Origin: an uncultured Staphylococcaceae bacterium
Lineage (GTDB): Bacteria; Bacillota_I; Bacilli_A; RFN20; CAG-826
Assembly: GCA_964507285.1 (NCBI GenBank)
Contig: CAZDPH010000001.1
Coordinates: 1-61,334 of the forward strand
Length of the DNA: 61,334 nucleotides
Direction: 5' to 3'
Shown here piece after piece: positions 40,401 to 49,741 of the stretch. Every line of letters begins with the position of its first letter. Within the stretch, counting starts at the first letter, position 1. A model generated the notes under the pieces. That model was not told the DNA's origin. It saw only the letters and a list, made by a program, of their open reading frames with translations, and searched no databases. Position numbers and translations under genes: made by a program.

Positions 40401-40948
40401 ATAGGGTTACTATAATTAATAGAATAAATATCAATAATATCACCTCTAGTAGCAAATTCTAAAGATTGATCTATCTTATTAACTTTAGAATATCCAAGTT
40501 CAATAAGTTTATTTATTAAATCTTTATAAGAATATTCTTTATTAATTTCTAAAGTAAAAGAAGAAGAAATAAATTCTTCTTTAGTAGGATAATATTTATA
40601 AAAACTACTTGGAGTAAGAATAAATATCTTATGTTTAGAATTAATCATTTCATTTAATGCATAGATTCTATTAGCAAGAATTTCTTTACTAGAAGAAATA
40701 TATTCTACTCTTATCATTTCATTTTCTAAAAATAATATAATATCTTCTTCTTTAATAACATTTCTTAAAGCATCATATAATTTATTAGCGTTATAATTAT
40801 TACTTACTAAAATTACTAAATTATCATCACTTTCTAGATAATATTTATAACCTAAAAAGAAACCTCCAAGTATTTCATCTAATTTATAATAATTAGTTTT
40901 AGAGGTTTTAATATTAAAATGTTTTAATTCTTCTTCTAAGATTTTAAT
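37484..40948 (-). CDS. mfd: Transcription-repair coupling factor Mfd, extended 77 codons upstream of the track ORF to a probable ATT start
   Basis: Helicase motifs DRLLCGDVGYGKTEVA, DEEQRFG, TATPIPRT and a TRG-like region. The frame stays open from 40717 up to TAA at 40966-40964. The extra residues are ...NLVILVSNNYNANKLYDALRNVIKEEDIILFLENEM. They match the Mfd N-terminal UvrB-homology module (compare the B. subtilis FLITHNLYQAQKVTDDL...LLYPVNE). Confidence 0.85.
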   Translation of the reverse strand: MKILEEELKHFNIKTSKTNYYKLDEILGGFFLGYKYYLESDDNLVILVSNNYNANKLYDALRNVIKEEDIILFLENEMIRVEYISSSKEILANRIYALNEMINSKHKIFILTPSSFYKYYPTKEEFISSSFTLEINKEYSYKDLINKLIELGYSKVNKIDQSLEFATRGDIIDIYSINYSNPIRIEFFDDEIESIRFFDIATQRSISSINCVKIMPATTLIFSKEEKNDISSILNNKLNEDLLSLRDDLKDYLKGEISSCIYDLENNIYNIKLYKYYGLLKRSNVNLLSYLSSFNEIILNRDEFLEIKNNLFLESNEFINDLFDSGRGLKDLKMFKESSLTLFSKEVNYIDSLSLENNPNIIPLSYPFIRKDSQIDLNNAIKLYIEEFNNVLFIVKTNEELEEIKSNLNYFKCDYSLINSINDDLKSSVNILLSDYSFSFEDKVNSLAVIDSSILFKRKHKSSIYYSKYKQGRVLSSYSELEKGDYVVHEKYGIGKFLGIEEVTVGDKTDDYLSIEYKNNDKLFIPLYNFTLIRKYSGREGKTPELSSLHSEKWNNTKKRIKEKVNLLADKLLKLYQEKSLIPGFACSKDDELMEEFESSFPHELTIDQKESIKEIKEDMEKPHPMDRLLCGDVGYGKTEVAFRAAFKAISNGKQVAFLAPTTLLAKQHYELALSRFKGFDINIKLLTRNQTPLEVKTIQRGLETGLVHMVIGTHKILNKNNKFKDLGLLIIDEEQRFGVEQKEKIHIEKPSIDILTLSATPIPRTLQSSLIGLKSVSTISTPPKERLPIQTYVIEKDYKVIKEIILKELARSGQIYYIHNDIFTIYELGDKLLKLIPSLKIGIIHGKMDKEEINEVMKEFYEGNIDLLLATTIIENGIDVRNANLILVDDANKFGLSQLYQIKGRVGRSDKMAFCYLLINKERRLNEESKKRLKAIQDFTELGSGFKIAQRDLLIRGAGDILGPQQAGFIEEVGIDLYIKLLNEAIKEKESGDLIKESEPKEVQSVIKNAYVPKTYENESGIMEIYQRIKEADTFEKIDNLYNYLKDLYGSVPSNLLNLLNQRRIDVYINFIEFDSLKDYPNRMELILSKEFTKIEGIGNKLFEKLINYFRYIKVTYYSHQLTISISKDGNYEERLFNILKIIHEESKNYEIG

Positions 40949-40959
40949 AAGTATTCCTC

Positions 40960-41514
40960 CTATTTATTATAAATACTCATTGCTTTATTTAAAGAATCTT
41001 TAACTAATACTTTAATTGATTCACTAGCATTCTTAATAGATTCTTCTATTAATTCTTTTTCTTCACCTTTATATTTACCTAAAACAAAATCAACAACATT
41101 ATATTCAGGTTTACCTATTCCTATTTTAATATGAATAAATTTATCGTCATTAAGATGTTCAATAATAGATTTAATACCATTATGACCTGCACTTCTTCCT
41201 CCTACTTTAAATTTTAAATGTCCAGGAAGAATATCCATTTCATCATGAATTACAATAATATCATTAATATCAATTTTAAAATAATCTTTAATTTCTTTAA
41301 CAGCAATACCAGAATTATTCATATAAGTTTGAGGTTTTAATAAAATTAAATCTTCATCCATATATTTAATTTTTTTATAAAGTGAATGAAATCCACTTTT
41401 ATCAATATTTTCTCCTAAAGAATCTGCTAAAAGATCTACTGTATCAAAACCTACATTGTGACGAGTATGATCATATTCTTTTCCAAAATTTCCAAGTCCT
41501 ACAATTAATTTCAT
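40960..41514 (-). CDS. pth: Peptidyl-tRNA hydrolase
   Basis: MKLIVGLGNFGKEYDHTRHNVGF..., HDEMD, GHNGIKS. Confidence 0.95.
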   Translation of the reverse strand: MKLIVGLGNFGKEYDHTRHNVGFDTVDLLADSLGENIDKSGFHSLYKKIKYMDEDLILLKPQTYMNNSGIAVKEIKDYFKIDINDIIVIHDEMDILPGHLKFKVGGRSAGHNGIKSIIEHLNDDKFIHIKIGIGKPEYNVVDFVLGKYKGEEKELIEESIKNASESIKVLVKDSLNKAMSIYNK

Positions 41515-41600
41515 ATTTAATATTTTACCCCCTCTATATAATAAAAAGTAAGCAAAAAAAATTATTTACGAAATTTTTCTTAATTTTTATATATTTTTAA

Positions 41601-41631
41601 TATTGACTAAATTGTCAATATGTAATAATAT
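41601..41631 (+). promoter_or_regulatory. Promoter (-35 TTGACT, 17-nt spacer, -10 TAATAT) overlapped by inverted repeat TATTGAC-N6-GTCAATA; candidate TetR operator
   Basis: Read directly from taTATTGACtaaattGTCAATAtgtaaTAATATtagc, 26 nt upstream of the TetR gene RBS (AGGAGG). Confidence 0.45.
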
Positions 41632-41656
41632 TAGCAGTAATTTTTAGGAGGAAACC

Positions 41657-42256
41657 ATGCCAAGAACAAAAGAAGCAAATGAATTTATTAAGCAGCAAAG
41701 AAAAGCATATATTTTAGATGTAGCTTTAAAATTATTTTGTTTAGAAGGATACGATAATGTAACAATGGATAACATTGCAAAAACTGCAAAAGTTAGTCAT
41801 GGATTAATTTATCACTATTTTAAAGATAAAACTCAAATCTTAGAAGAATTAATCGAATTAGGTAAAAATAAAATAGATGAAGCTTTTATTAATAAGCCAA
41901 TTGAAAAAAAAGAAGGTAAAGGTTTCTATGAAGACTTTACAGAATTTACTTTAGAATGCCTCAAAAAGGGTGAAAAATACGCTTATTATTTATATTTATT
42001 TTTAAATTTTAAAATTAATGTAATAGATTATCAAAAATATTCTTATTTACAATTTTATCAAAAATTTGAAGAAGAATTTAAAAAAGCTCAATTAAATAAT
42101 GACTTTGAAGAAGGAGAAGTTAAAGATTATCTTACTTGTTATTTTTCTTTAATTACAAGTTTAGTACATTCTCGCTTAGTTCATAAAAATGAATTTATTC
42201 TTCCTAAAAAAGAGATTATTATGAATTTATTTTATAAAAAGGAGGTTAAAAATTAA
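41657..42256 (+). CDS. TetR/AcrR-family transcriptional regulator
   Basis: N-terminal HTH VTMDNIAKTAKVSHGLIYHYFKDK. The 199-aa length fits. Confidence 0.85.
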   Translation: MPRTKEANEFIKQQRKAYILDVALKLFCLEGYDNVTMDNIAKTAKVSHGLIYHYFKDKTQILEELIELGKNKIDEAFINKPIEKKEGKGFYEDFTEFTLECLKKGEKYAYYLYLFLNFKINVIDYQKYSYLQFYQKFEEEFKKAQLNNDFEEGEVKDYLTCYFSLITSLVHSRLVHKNEFILPKKEIIMNLFYKKEVKN

Positions 42257-44421
42257 TGAAATTACTTTTATCTACCATTAATAAAAAATGGTATTTCTTA
42301 TTAGGTGCTTTAATTTCAATTGTATTACAAGTTTATTTTCAATTACAATTAACTACTTTTATGGGTAATATTCAAACTATTATTACTTATAAAGATGTTG
42401 CACCTGCAACTATAATTGAAGTTATTAATCCTATTACTAAAGGAGTATTTATAATTAAAGATGCTTTAGGAAATGATTTAATGGTAAGTGCTATTTTAAA
42501 TCAAGGAGGATGGATGATTCTTACTTGTTGTATTATTTTAGCATGTGCATTTATTCAATTTTTTAGTGCATCATCTCTTGGAGCTTTTGTAGGTAAAGAA
42601 TTAAGAGAAAAAATGTATTCAAAAGTTAATGAACTATCATTATCAGAATATAATTCCTTCGGAACTGCTACATTAATAACAAGAACTACAAATGATATAG
42701 AACAAATTAAAAACGTTACTGTATTTGGAGTAAGAATTATTATTATGTCTCCAGCATATATAATAATTGCATTGATATATGCTTTAAGATTAACTGATCC
42801 AGCACCTAAATTAACTTTAGTTTTATTAATTATTCTTCCTTTAATTATTTTAATTTTAGGTATTTTATTCTTTTTTGCATCTCCAATGTTTAAAAAGATT
42901 CAAACTCAAACAGATGATATTACAGTAGTATTTAGAGAAAATTTAACAGGTATTAGAGTTATTAGAGCATATAATCAACAAGAAGAAGAAAATAAAAAAT
43001 TTGATAAAGAAAATCTTGGAATGCGTGAAATTAATATTAAAGTTGGAAGATTAATGTCAATTGCAAATCCAATTATCTCTGTTTTATTTAATTTATGTTA
43101 TATTGCAATATATGGATTTGGTTTTTATTTATTAACTGAAATTAAATCTACACCTACTACATTTAGTGTTGCAATTATGTCTCAAATTACTAATATTTCA
43201 ATGGTAGCTCAATATTCAATGCAAATTATGCAATCATTTTTAATGCTAGGAATGATTTTAATTATGCTTCCTCAAGCTAGTGTATCTTTAAAACGTATTA
43301 AAGAAGTTTTATCAATTGATACTTCCAAAGATTATAAAAAGAGTAAAGAAAATGCTATTAACGCTCTTGAAATAACAAAAAAGAATGAATTACATAAATA
43401 TAAAGAAAATTATTCTTTAAATCATAATGGAGAAAAATTATCTATTTCTTTATTAACTTCTAAATATCAAAATTTAACTGAAGAGGAAATTAAAAAAGAT
43501 AATTTATATCCATTTTATAAAGAATATAAAGATATTGAATCTAATTATAATTTAATTATTGAAGAATTAAATAAATCAGAAGGAAAAGAATATGAAGATA
43601 TCATAGGAAAGGTATTTAATAATATTAAAGAAAAAGGTGTTATTGAATTTAAAAACGTTTCTTTCCAATATCCTGATAGTAATGTTCCTACTATTAAAAA
43701 TATATCATTTAAAACAAAACCAGGTACTACAACTGCAATTATTGGATCTACTGGAAGTGGTAAATCTTCTTTAATTAATTTAATTCCTCGATTCTATGAT
43801 CCAAGCGAAGGAGAAATTCTTCTTGATGGAGTAGATATTACAAAATTACCTGAAAAAGTAATAAGAGATCATATAGGTTTTGTACCTCAAAGTGCACTTT
43901 TATTTACAGGTACTATTGAAGAAAATATTAAATTTGGTAAAGAAGACGCTACTAATGAAGAAGTTTTAGAAGCATTAAAAGTTGCTCAAGCAGAACATTT
44001 TGTTTCTAAATTAGAAAATGGAATTCATTCTTTATGTGCTCAAGGAGGAAAAAACTTCTCAGGAGGTCAAAAACAAAGACTTTCTATTGCAAGATGTTTA
44101 ATTAAAAAACCAGAAATTTATGTATTTGATGACTCTTTTAGTGCTTTAGATTTTAAAACAGACGCTAAATTAAGAGCAGACTTAAAAAAATATACAACAG
44201 GTTCATCAATTATTATTGTTGCTCAAAGAGTTTCCTCAATTTTAGATGCAGATAATATTATTGTTTTAGATGAAGGAAAATGTGTTGGGCAAGGAACACA
44301 TAAAGAATTATTAAAATCTTGTGAAATATATCAAAATATTGTTAAATCACAACTTGATCCAGATGAAGTAGAAAAAACTATTAAAATGGCTCAAGAAAGT
44401 GCTTTAGAAGGAGGTAATTAG
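42256..44421 (+). CDS. ABC exporter fused permease/ATPase subunit (type I exporter half-transporter) with extra loop and linker insertions
   Basis: Six-TM domain. Walker A GSTGSGKSS, signature FSGGQKQRLSIARC, Walker B IYVFDDSFSALD. An extra linker of about 100 aa (residues 355-458) separates the TM domain from the NBD. Confidence 0.85.
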   Translation: MKLLLSTINKKWYFLLGALISIVLQVYFQLQLTTFMGNIQTIITYKDVAPATIIEVINPITKGVFIIKDALGNDLMVSAILNQGGWMILTCCIILACAFIQFFSASSLGAFVGKELREKMYSKVNELSLSEYNSFGTATLITRTTNDIEQIKNVTVFGVRIIIMSPAYIIIALIYALRLTDPAPKLTLVLLIILPLIILILGILFFFASPMFKKIQTQTDDITVVFRENLTGIRVIRAYNQQEEENKKFDKENLGMREINIKVGRLMSIANPIISVLFNLCYIAIYGFGFYLLTEIKSTPTTFSVAIMSQITNISMVAQYSMQIMQSFLMLGMILIMLPQASVSLKRIKEVLSIDTSKDYKKSKENAINALEITKKNELHKYKENYSLNHNGEKLSISLLTSKYQNLTEEEIKKDNLYPFYKEYKDIESNYNLIIEELNKSEGKEYEDIIGKVFNNIKEKGVIEFKNVSFQYPDSNVPTIKNISFKTKPGTTTAIIGSTGSGKSSLINLIPRFYDPSEGEILLDGVDITKLPEKVIRDHIGFVPQSALLFTGTIEENIKFGKEDATNEEVLEALKVAQAEHFVSKLENGIHSLCAQGGKNFSGGQKQRLSIARCLIKKPEIYVFDDSFSALDFKTDAKLRADLKKYTTGSSIIIVAQRVSSILDADNIIVLDEGKCVGQGTHKELLKSCEIYQNIVKSQLDPDEVEKTIKMAQESALEGGN

Positions 44422-44423
44422 TT

Positions 44424-46268
44424 ATGCCACCAATGCCAAGAGGAAAACATTCTAAACCTAAAAACTTTAAAGCTACTTCTAAAAGAATGATTAAAGATTT
44501 TAAAAATCAATTACCTTTAATTATTATTGTTATTCTTTTAGCAATAGGAAGTGCTGTTTTATCTGTATATACTCCATATATTTTTAATGATTTAATTTCT
44601 ACTAGTACAATTCAATCAATGTTTTCAATTGATGGATTAGATTCAAATGGAAATATTATTTTATTAATTAATTGGAAATTATTCTTTGAAAAATTCGGTC
44701 TTGTTTTAGCTTTATATGTAGTTAGTGCTCTCTTATCATGGTTTAGTGAATTTGTAGCAGTCTCAATAAGTGCTAAATATGCTTATAATATGAGAAATAA
44801 AGTATTAGAAAAGATTGATAGATTACCATTATCATACTTTGATAGAGTACCTTATGGAGATACTTTATCAATAGGTACTAATGATGTTGATAATATTTCA
44901 AGAAATTTACAATCTGTTATTACTCAAGTATTCTCATCAATTACATTATTCTTTGGATCTTTAATTATGATGTTAATTTTAGATTATAGAATTGCTTTAG
45001 TAGCACTTGCGTCATTACCATTATCATTTATTTTTATTATATTAATATCTAAATTCTCTGGAAAAGAATTCATTACTTATCGTAAAAATTTAGGTATTTT
45101 AAATGGAGAAATTGAAGAAACTTATTCAGGTTATAAAATTGTTAAATTATTTAATAAAGAAGAAAAATTTATTAATGAATTTAAAGAAATAAATGAGAAA
45201 ATGAGAAAAAGTGATCAAAAATCTCAATTCTTATCTGGATTAATTTTCCCATTAACATTCTTTGTTAATAATTTATGTTATGTAGGAATTGCAGTTGTAG
45301 GAGGAATTGTATCTACTGCAAATGTTATGATTACATTCTTCACTTATTTAAATTTATTTACTAGACCTCTTCAACAAATTGGTCAAATATTCTCTATTAT
45401 TCAATCTATTATTGCAAGTGGAGAAAGAATCTATGAATTATTAGATGAAAAAGAAGAAATTAAAGATGAAATTAATTCAATTGAAGATGAATCTAATATT
45501 AAAGGTCAATTTGATTTTGAACATGTTGATTTTAAATATTTAGAAGATAAACCATTAATTGAAGATATGAATTTACATGTTAATTCAGGAGATATGATTG
45601 CAATTGTAGGCCCTACAGGAGCAGGTAAAACTACTTTAGTTAATTTAATTATGAGATTCTATGAAATTAATAATGGAGAATTAAAATTAGATGGAATATC
45701 TACTAAAAACTATAAACGTTCTACTTTAAGAGGTAGTATAGGTATGGTTTTACAAGATACATGGTTATTTAAGGGTACAATAAAAGAAAATCTTCTTTAT
45801 GGAGATAGTAATGCTACAGATGAAGAAATTCAAAAAGCATGTAAAGAAGCTCATTGTGATCACTTTATTGAAACTCTACCTGGAGGATATAATTTCATGT
45901 TAAATGAAGATGGAAATAATATTTCTCAAGGTCAAAGACAACTTTTAACTATTGCAAGAGCTATTATTTCAAAACCTAAAATTTTAATCTTAGATGAAGC
46001 TACTTCTTCAGTAGATACTAGAACTGAAAAAGCAATTCAAGATGCTTTAGATTCAATTATGAAAAATAAAACATCATTTGTAATTGCACATAGATTATCT
46101 ACTATTAAAAATGCTAAAACTATTATTGTTATGAAAAAAGGACATATAATAGAAACTGGAAATCATGAAGAATTATTAGCTAAAAAAGGATTCTATTATG
46201 ATTTATATAATTCTCAATTCTCTGGAATTAATCCAATGAGTAAACAAGAAGATGTATTAGAAAGTTAA
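44424..46268 (+). CDS. ABC exporter fused permease/ATPase subunit (partner half-transporter)
   Basis: Walker A GPTGAGKTT, signature ISQGQRQLLTIARA, Walker B ILILDEATSSVD, H-loop AHRLST. Confidence 0.9.
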   Translation: MPPMPRGKHSKPKNFKATSKRMIKDFKNQLPLIIIVILLAIGSAVLSVYTPYIFNDLISTSTIQSMFSIDGLDSNGNIILLINWKLFFEKFGLVLALYVVSALLSWFSEFVAVSISAKYAYNMRNKVLEKIDRLPLSYFDRVPYGDTLSIGTNDVDNISRNLQSVITQVFSSITLFFGSLIMMLILDYRIALVALASLPLSFIFIILISKFSGKEFITYRKNLGILNGEIEETYSGYKIVKLFNKEEKFINEFKEINEKMRKSDQKSQFLSGLIFPLTFFVNNLCYVGIAVVGGIVSTANVMITFFTYLNLFTRPLQQIGQIFSIIQSIIASGERIYELLDEKEEIKDEINSIEDESNIKGQFDFEHVDFKYLEDKPLIEDMNLHVNSGDMIAIVGPTGAGKTTLVNLIMRFYEINNGELKLDGISTKNYKRSTLRGSIGMVLQDTWLFKGTIKENLLYGDSNATDEEIQKACKEAHCDHFIETLPGGYNFMLNEDGNNISQGQRQLLTIARAIISKPKILILDEATSSVDTRTEKAIQDALDSIMKNKTSFVIAHRLSTIKNAKTIIVMKKGHIIETGNHEELLAKKGFYYDLYNSQFSGINPMSKQEDVLES

Positions 46269-46275
46269 TTAAAAA

Positions 46276-46297
46276 AGTTACGATAATAATCGTAACT
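46276..46297. terminator. Bidirectional terminator
   Basis: aaaaaAGTTACGATaataATCGTAACTttttg. Confidence 0.65.
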
Positions 46298-46304
46298 TTT
46301 TGTT

Positions 46305-47921
46305 TTATAATTTTAATTTATAACTTGGAGTATAGGTATCATTAGACTTACTTCCTCTATATAAATGAGAAAGTAAATCTGAAGAAGATGAACCATCTCT
46401 ATGAAGAATACTCCATCTAACATCTCCTAAAAGTTCTTCATTATTTGCATTCATAAATGTAACAAAATATTTATTAATATTATCATCATAATTTGTTACA
46501 TCATCATAATTATTCCAAAATGTTTGTCCTACTCTACAATAATCTCTAGATTCTAAATTTCCTTTCCAAGAATAATATCTATAGTAAGCATAATAATCTA
46601 CTCCTCTAAAGATTCCTCTTCCTACTCTTTTAGCATCTGGAATATCTTTATAAATTCCAATTGCTTCATCAAATATATTTTTATCATTACCTGGAATTCT
46701 AAAGCCAATATCTTTTAAATAATATTTTAAATTATAATCTTCACTTACTTTAAATGATTTAATATATGTTTCATAATCATTATATAAAGTAGTAAGGAAA
46801 TTATTATCACTATTAAAAACTTTATAACAATGACTTGTAGCGTTATCATAATAATCATCTACTATATTTGAATATGATACTGTATCTAAATTAACAGTTG
46901 CTAAATACGCACTAATTGTATAATCAGTAGTAATATGAACATATCCATTTGAATCAAAACTACGTTTATAATGAGACATTGTAGGTTTTAAATAATCATC
47001 ATGTCTATCTTTAATTTCTTTTAGTTTTATTAATTCATTTTGAAACATTCCATTTACAGTATTAACTACATTACACATTGTTTCAAATTCAGTTTTAATA
47101 CCTATAATATTACTATCACCTTCAGCATATTTAGAAATTTCATAAGAACATTCAATTTTTGCTAAAAGTGCTAAAGAATTAAGTAAGAATGCACATTCTT
47201 TAATAAAATTAGTTCTAGGTTCAATACTTTGATAATCCCAAACATCGTTAGCACCTAATGTATTATTATATAAATCCATTAGAGTTTGTGATGTTTTAAC
47301 ATTATTTGGATGATAGAATTCTCTTGCTAATCTTTCAGCAGAAGCAACAACTCTATTACTTAATCCATAAAAATTTAATTTAGAAGAGAAATTATTAATA
47401 AATGTATCTCTTTCTTTAATTAATTTTTCTTGATCATATCCACTTTGTTCTTTAATTGCTAAATCTTCTAATATAGACATTTGAGCAAGAATTGGAGTTC
47501 TAATTTCATTAAGTCTATCTAAGATATTATTCATATAATTTTCATCTTGAACTTGTTGAACTTTATTAGTTAAAGCATTAAATCCTTCACTAATTTGATT
47601 TTTAATAGCGTCTAATTTTTCAATAATTAAATCTAATTTTTTAGTTGTTGTATCTCTAACATCAATTCCCATTTCAGAACATGCAGTTTTTAATCCATAA
47701 ACTGCAAGAGATGTTAATCCTGTTTTTAAAAATGAAGAACCACCCTCTAATATTTTTTCTTCTAACCAATTTAATCCATCTTCATCATCTTGAAGTGATG
47801 GATCATTTTCACTCATATCAACTTTAATTACTTGATCTAAAGAGGAATTATTATCAAAAGTTCTTTGAGCACATCCTACAAGTAAAGGAATTAAACTTAA
47901 ACTTAATATTGCTTTTTTCAT
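46305..47921 (-). CDS. Lipoprotein of unknown function (helical N-half, aromatic-rich C-half)
   Basis: Lipobox LLVGC. Residues about 90-330 are heptad-like and helical. The C-terminal part is rich in Tyr/Trp/Asp. I recognise no motif. Confidence 0.6.
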   Translation of the reverse strand: MKKAILSLSLIPLLVGCAQRTFDNNSSLDQVIKVDMSENDPSLQDDEDGLNWLEEKILEGGSSFLKTGLTSLAVYGLKTACSEMGIDVRDTTTKKLDLIIEKLDAIKNQISEGFNALTNKVQQVQDENYMNNILDRLNEIRTPILAQMSILEDLAIKEQSGYDQEKLIKERDTFINNFSSKLNFYGLSNRVVASAERLAREFYHPNNVKTSQTLMDLYNNTLGANDVWDYQSIEPRTNFIKECAFLLNSLALLAKIECSYEISKYAEGDSNIIGIKTEFETMCNVVNTVNGMFQNELIKLKEIKDRHDDYLKPTMSHYKRSFDSNGYVHITTDYTISAYLATVNLDTVSYSNIVDDYYDNATSHCYKVFNSDNNFLTTLYNDYETYIKSFKVSEDYNLKYYLKDIGFRIPGNDKNIFDEAIGIYKDIPDAKRVGRGIFRGVDYYAYYRYYSWKGNLESRDYCRVGQTFWNNYDDVTNYDDNINKYFVTFMNANNEELLGDVRWSILHRDGSSSSDLLSHLYRGSKSNDTYTPSYKLKL

Positions 47922-48013
47922 ATGACCTCCATATTCTAGATTTATATCTAGATTAAATATTAATTACATTATAATTAAAAAATATAATTTTGTCAATAAG
48001 TTAGAAACAAATA

Positions 48014-49579
48014 TTATATTTTTGTATCTTTATTATTACTTTCTAAGTAATAACTTAACTCTTTATATACTCCATTAAGTTTTGGATAAATCTTTTTATA
48101 AACATTCTTATATAAATATTCATATCTTTTAACATTTTCTTTATTAGGGTGATAAATACTTTGATATTCTACGCATTCTTTTTTAGCATCTACAACATCT
48201 TTATAAATTCCTAAAGAAATAAGTTGAGAAATACCACATCCTATAATACTTACTTCATAATTAGAAGGCTTATAAACATCTAAATTAAAAATATCTGCTA
48301 AAATTTGACAAATAGCATTAGATTTAGATCCACCTCCTCCGATTGTAATAAATTTAGGTTTTTGATGAGAATTTTTGGATATAGTTTCTAATCCTTCTTT
48401 TAAACAATATCCTAATCCTTCAATAATTGATCGATAAATATGATATTTTGTATGTACATCATAGAAACCAATTATAGAACCTTTAGCAAGAGGTCTTTCA
48501 AGCTGAGGTCCCCAAAAAGGTTGAAGAACAAGTCCATTACTACCTGGTTCTATATCTAAAATCTTTTTATTTAATAAATGTTCAGGTACTATTTTTTCAA
48601 GTTCAGCTTCTTGAATATCTTCTTTTGCAAATTCTTTTTTAAACCGACTTAACATCCAACAACCTCTATATACTTGCATTTCTCCTGAATAATATCCTTT
48701 ATATGCAGTAATATAAGAAGGTAAGAATCTATAAGGTTCAAAATATTTTTTACTTGTCATTGCAATAGAACATGCAGTACCCATTGAAATATGAACGCTT
48801 CCATTTTCAACTCCTCCACTTCCTAAAGCTTCACAAGATTTATCATTTCCAGTAGTAATATATTTTAATCCTAATGGTAATCCTGTTTCTTCACTTCCTT
48901 TTAAAGTTACTTCTCCTAAAATATCTCCAACTTTAACTACTTTAGGCATCCATGATGGATCAACATCAAAAATACATCCTTTTAATGCTTTTTTCCCATA
49001 TATTTTCCCAGTTTTAAAGTTTAAAGGAAAATGTCCAATCATATTAGATGGAGAATCTCCTAAAACTCCTAGCATTCTATAATTAAAATAACTATTTAAA
49101 GGAGCATACCATCTTATTTTATTATAATTATCTCTTTCATTTTCCATTAACCATATAGCAGGAGTTCTTTTTCTATTAAGTGCAATAGTATCACTCATTC
49201 CTACAATAGAAAATGCTAAAGAATATAATAAAGGTAATTTATGATCTAATCTTGCTTTTCTTTGATCTAACCAAATAATAGATGGTCTAATCACTTTATA
49301 ATCTTTATCTAAATACGCTGCAGTATCTCTAAAACACGTAGATGAAAAAGATCTAACTGTTTTCATTAATTCTTGATTATTTTTTACTAATCTTTTAGAT
49401 GCCTTACACATTAAATCATAATAATAATCTGGATATTGTTCTGCATATCCAGGTTTAATACTAAAATAAGGTATATCATATTTTTCTTGTTCAAGTGCTA
49501 AAATTTTACCTTTTTCATTTATTATTGCGACTCTAACAGATTGAGTTCCATAATCTATTGCTATTACATTATTTTCCAT
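48014..49579 (-). CDS. FGGY-family carbohydrate kinase
   Basis: N-terminal VIAIDYGTQSVRVAII (actin-fold phosphate-1) and C-terminal ITIGGGGSKSN (FGGY signature 2). Substrate is unknown. Confidence 0.75.
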   Translation of the reverse strand: MENNVIAIDYGTQSVRVAIINEKGKILALEQEKYDIPYFSIKPGYAEQYPDYYYDLMCKASKRLVKNNQELMKTVRSFSSTCFRDTAAYLDKDYKVIRPSIIWLDQRKARLDHKLPLLYSLAFSIVGMSDTIALNRKRTPAIWLMENERDNYNKIRWYAPLNSYFNYRMLGVLGDSPSNMIGHFPLNFKTGKIYGKKALKGCIFDVDPSWMPKVVKVGDILGEVTLKGSEETGLPLGLKYITTGNDKSCEALGSGGVENGSVHISMGTACSIAMTSKKYFEPYRFLPSYITAYKGYYSGEMQVYRGCWMLSRFKKEFAKEDIQEAELEKIVPEHLLNKKILDIEPGSNGLVLQPFWGPQLERPLAKGSIIGFYDVHTKYHIYRSIIEGLGYCLKEGLETISKNSHQKPKFITIGGGGSKSNAICQILADIFNLDVYKPSNYEVSIIGCGISQLISLGIYKDVVDAKKECVEYQSIYHPNKENVKRYEYLYKNVYKKIYPKLNGVYKELSYYLESNNKDTKI

Positions 49580-49741
49580 ATAATAATTATATAATAAAAT
49601 AAGTAATTTCTAATTATTTTTTTAATTTTTAAATGTCTTTAGGTCTGTTGTATACATCTTATTTTTATTTAATAAACTTCTTTTAAATGTTATAATAAAT
49701 ATTGCTATGGTAGTAATAACTACCTTTAGGAGGAAAAATAA

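Noticed and set aside
47930-47965. Inverted repeat TCTAGAT-TTAT-ATCTAGA between the FGGY kinase gene and the orphan lipoprotein gene.
   Set aside because: The stem is short and AT-rich, with no T-run. It could be a weak terminator or an operator, but nothing distinguishes it from chance palindromes in about 20% GC intergenic DNA.
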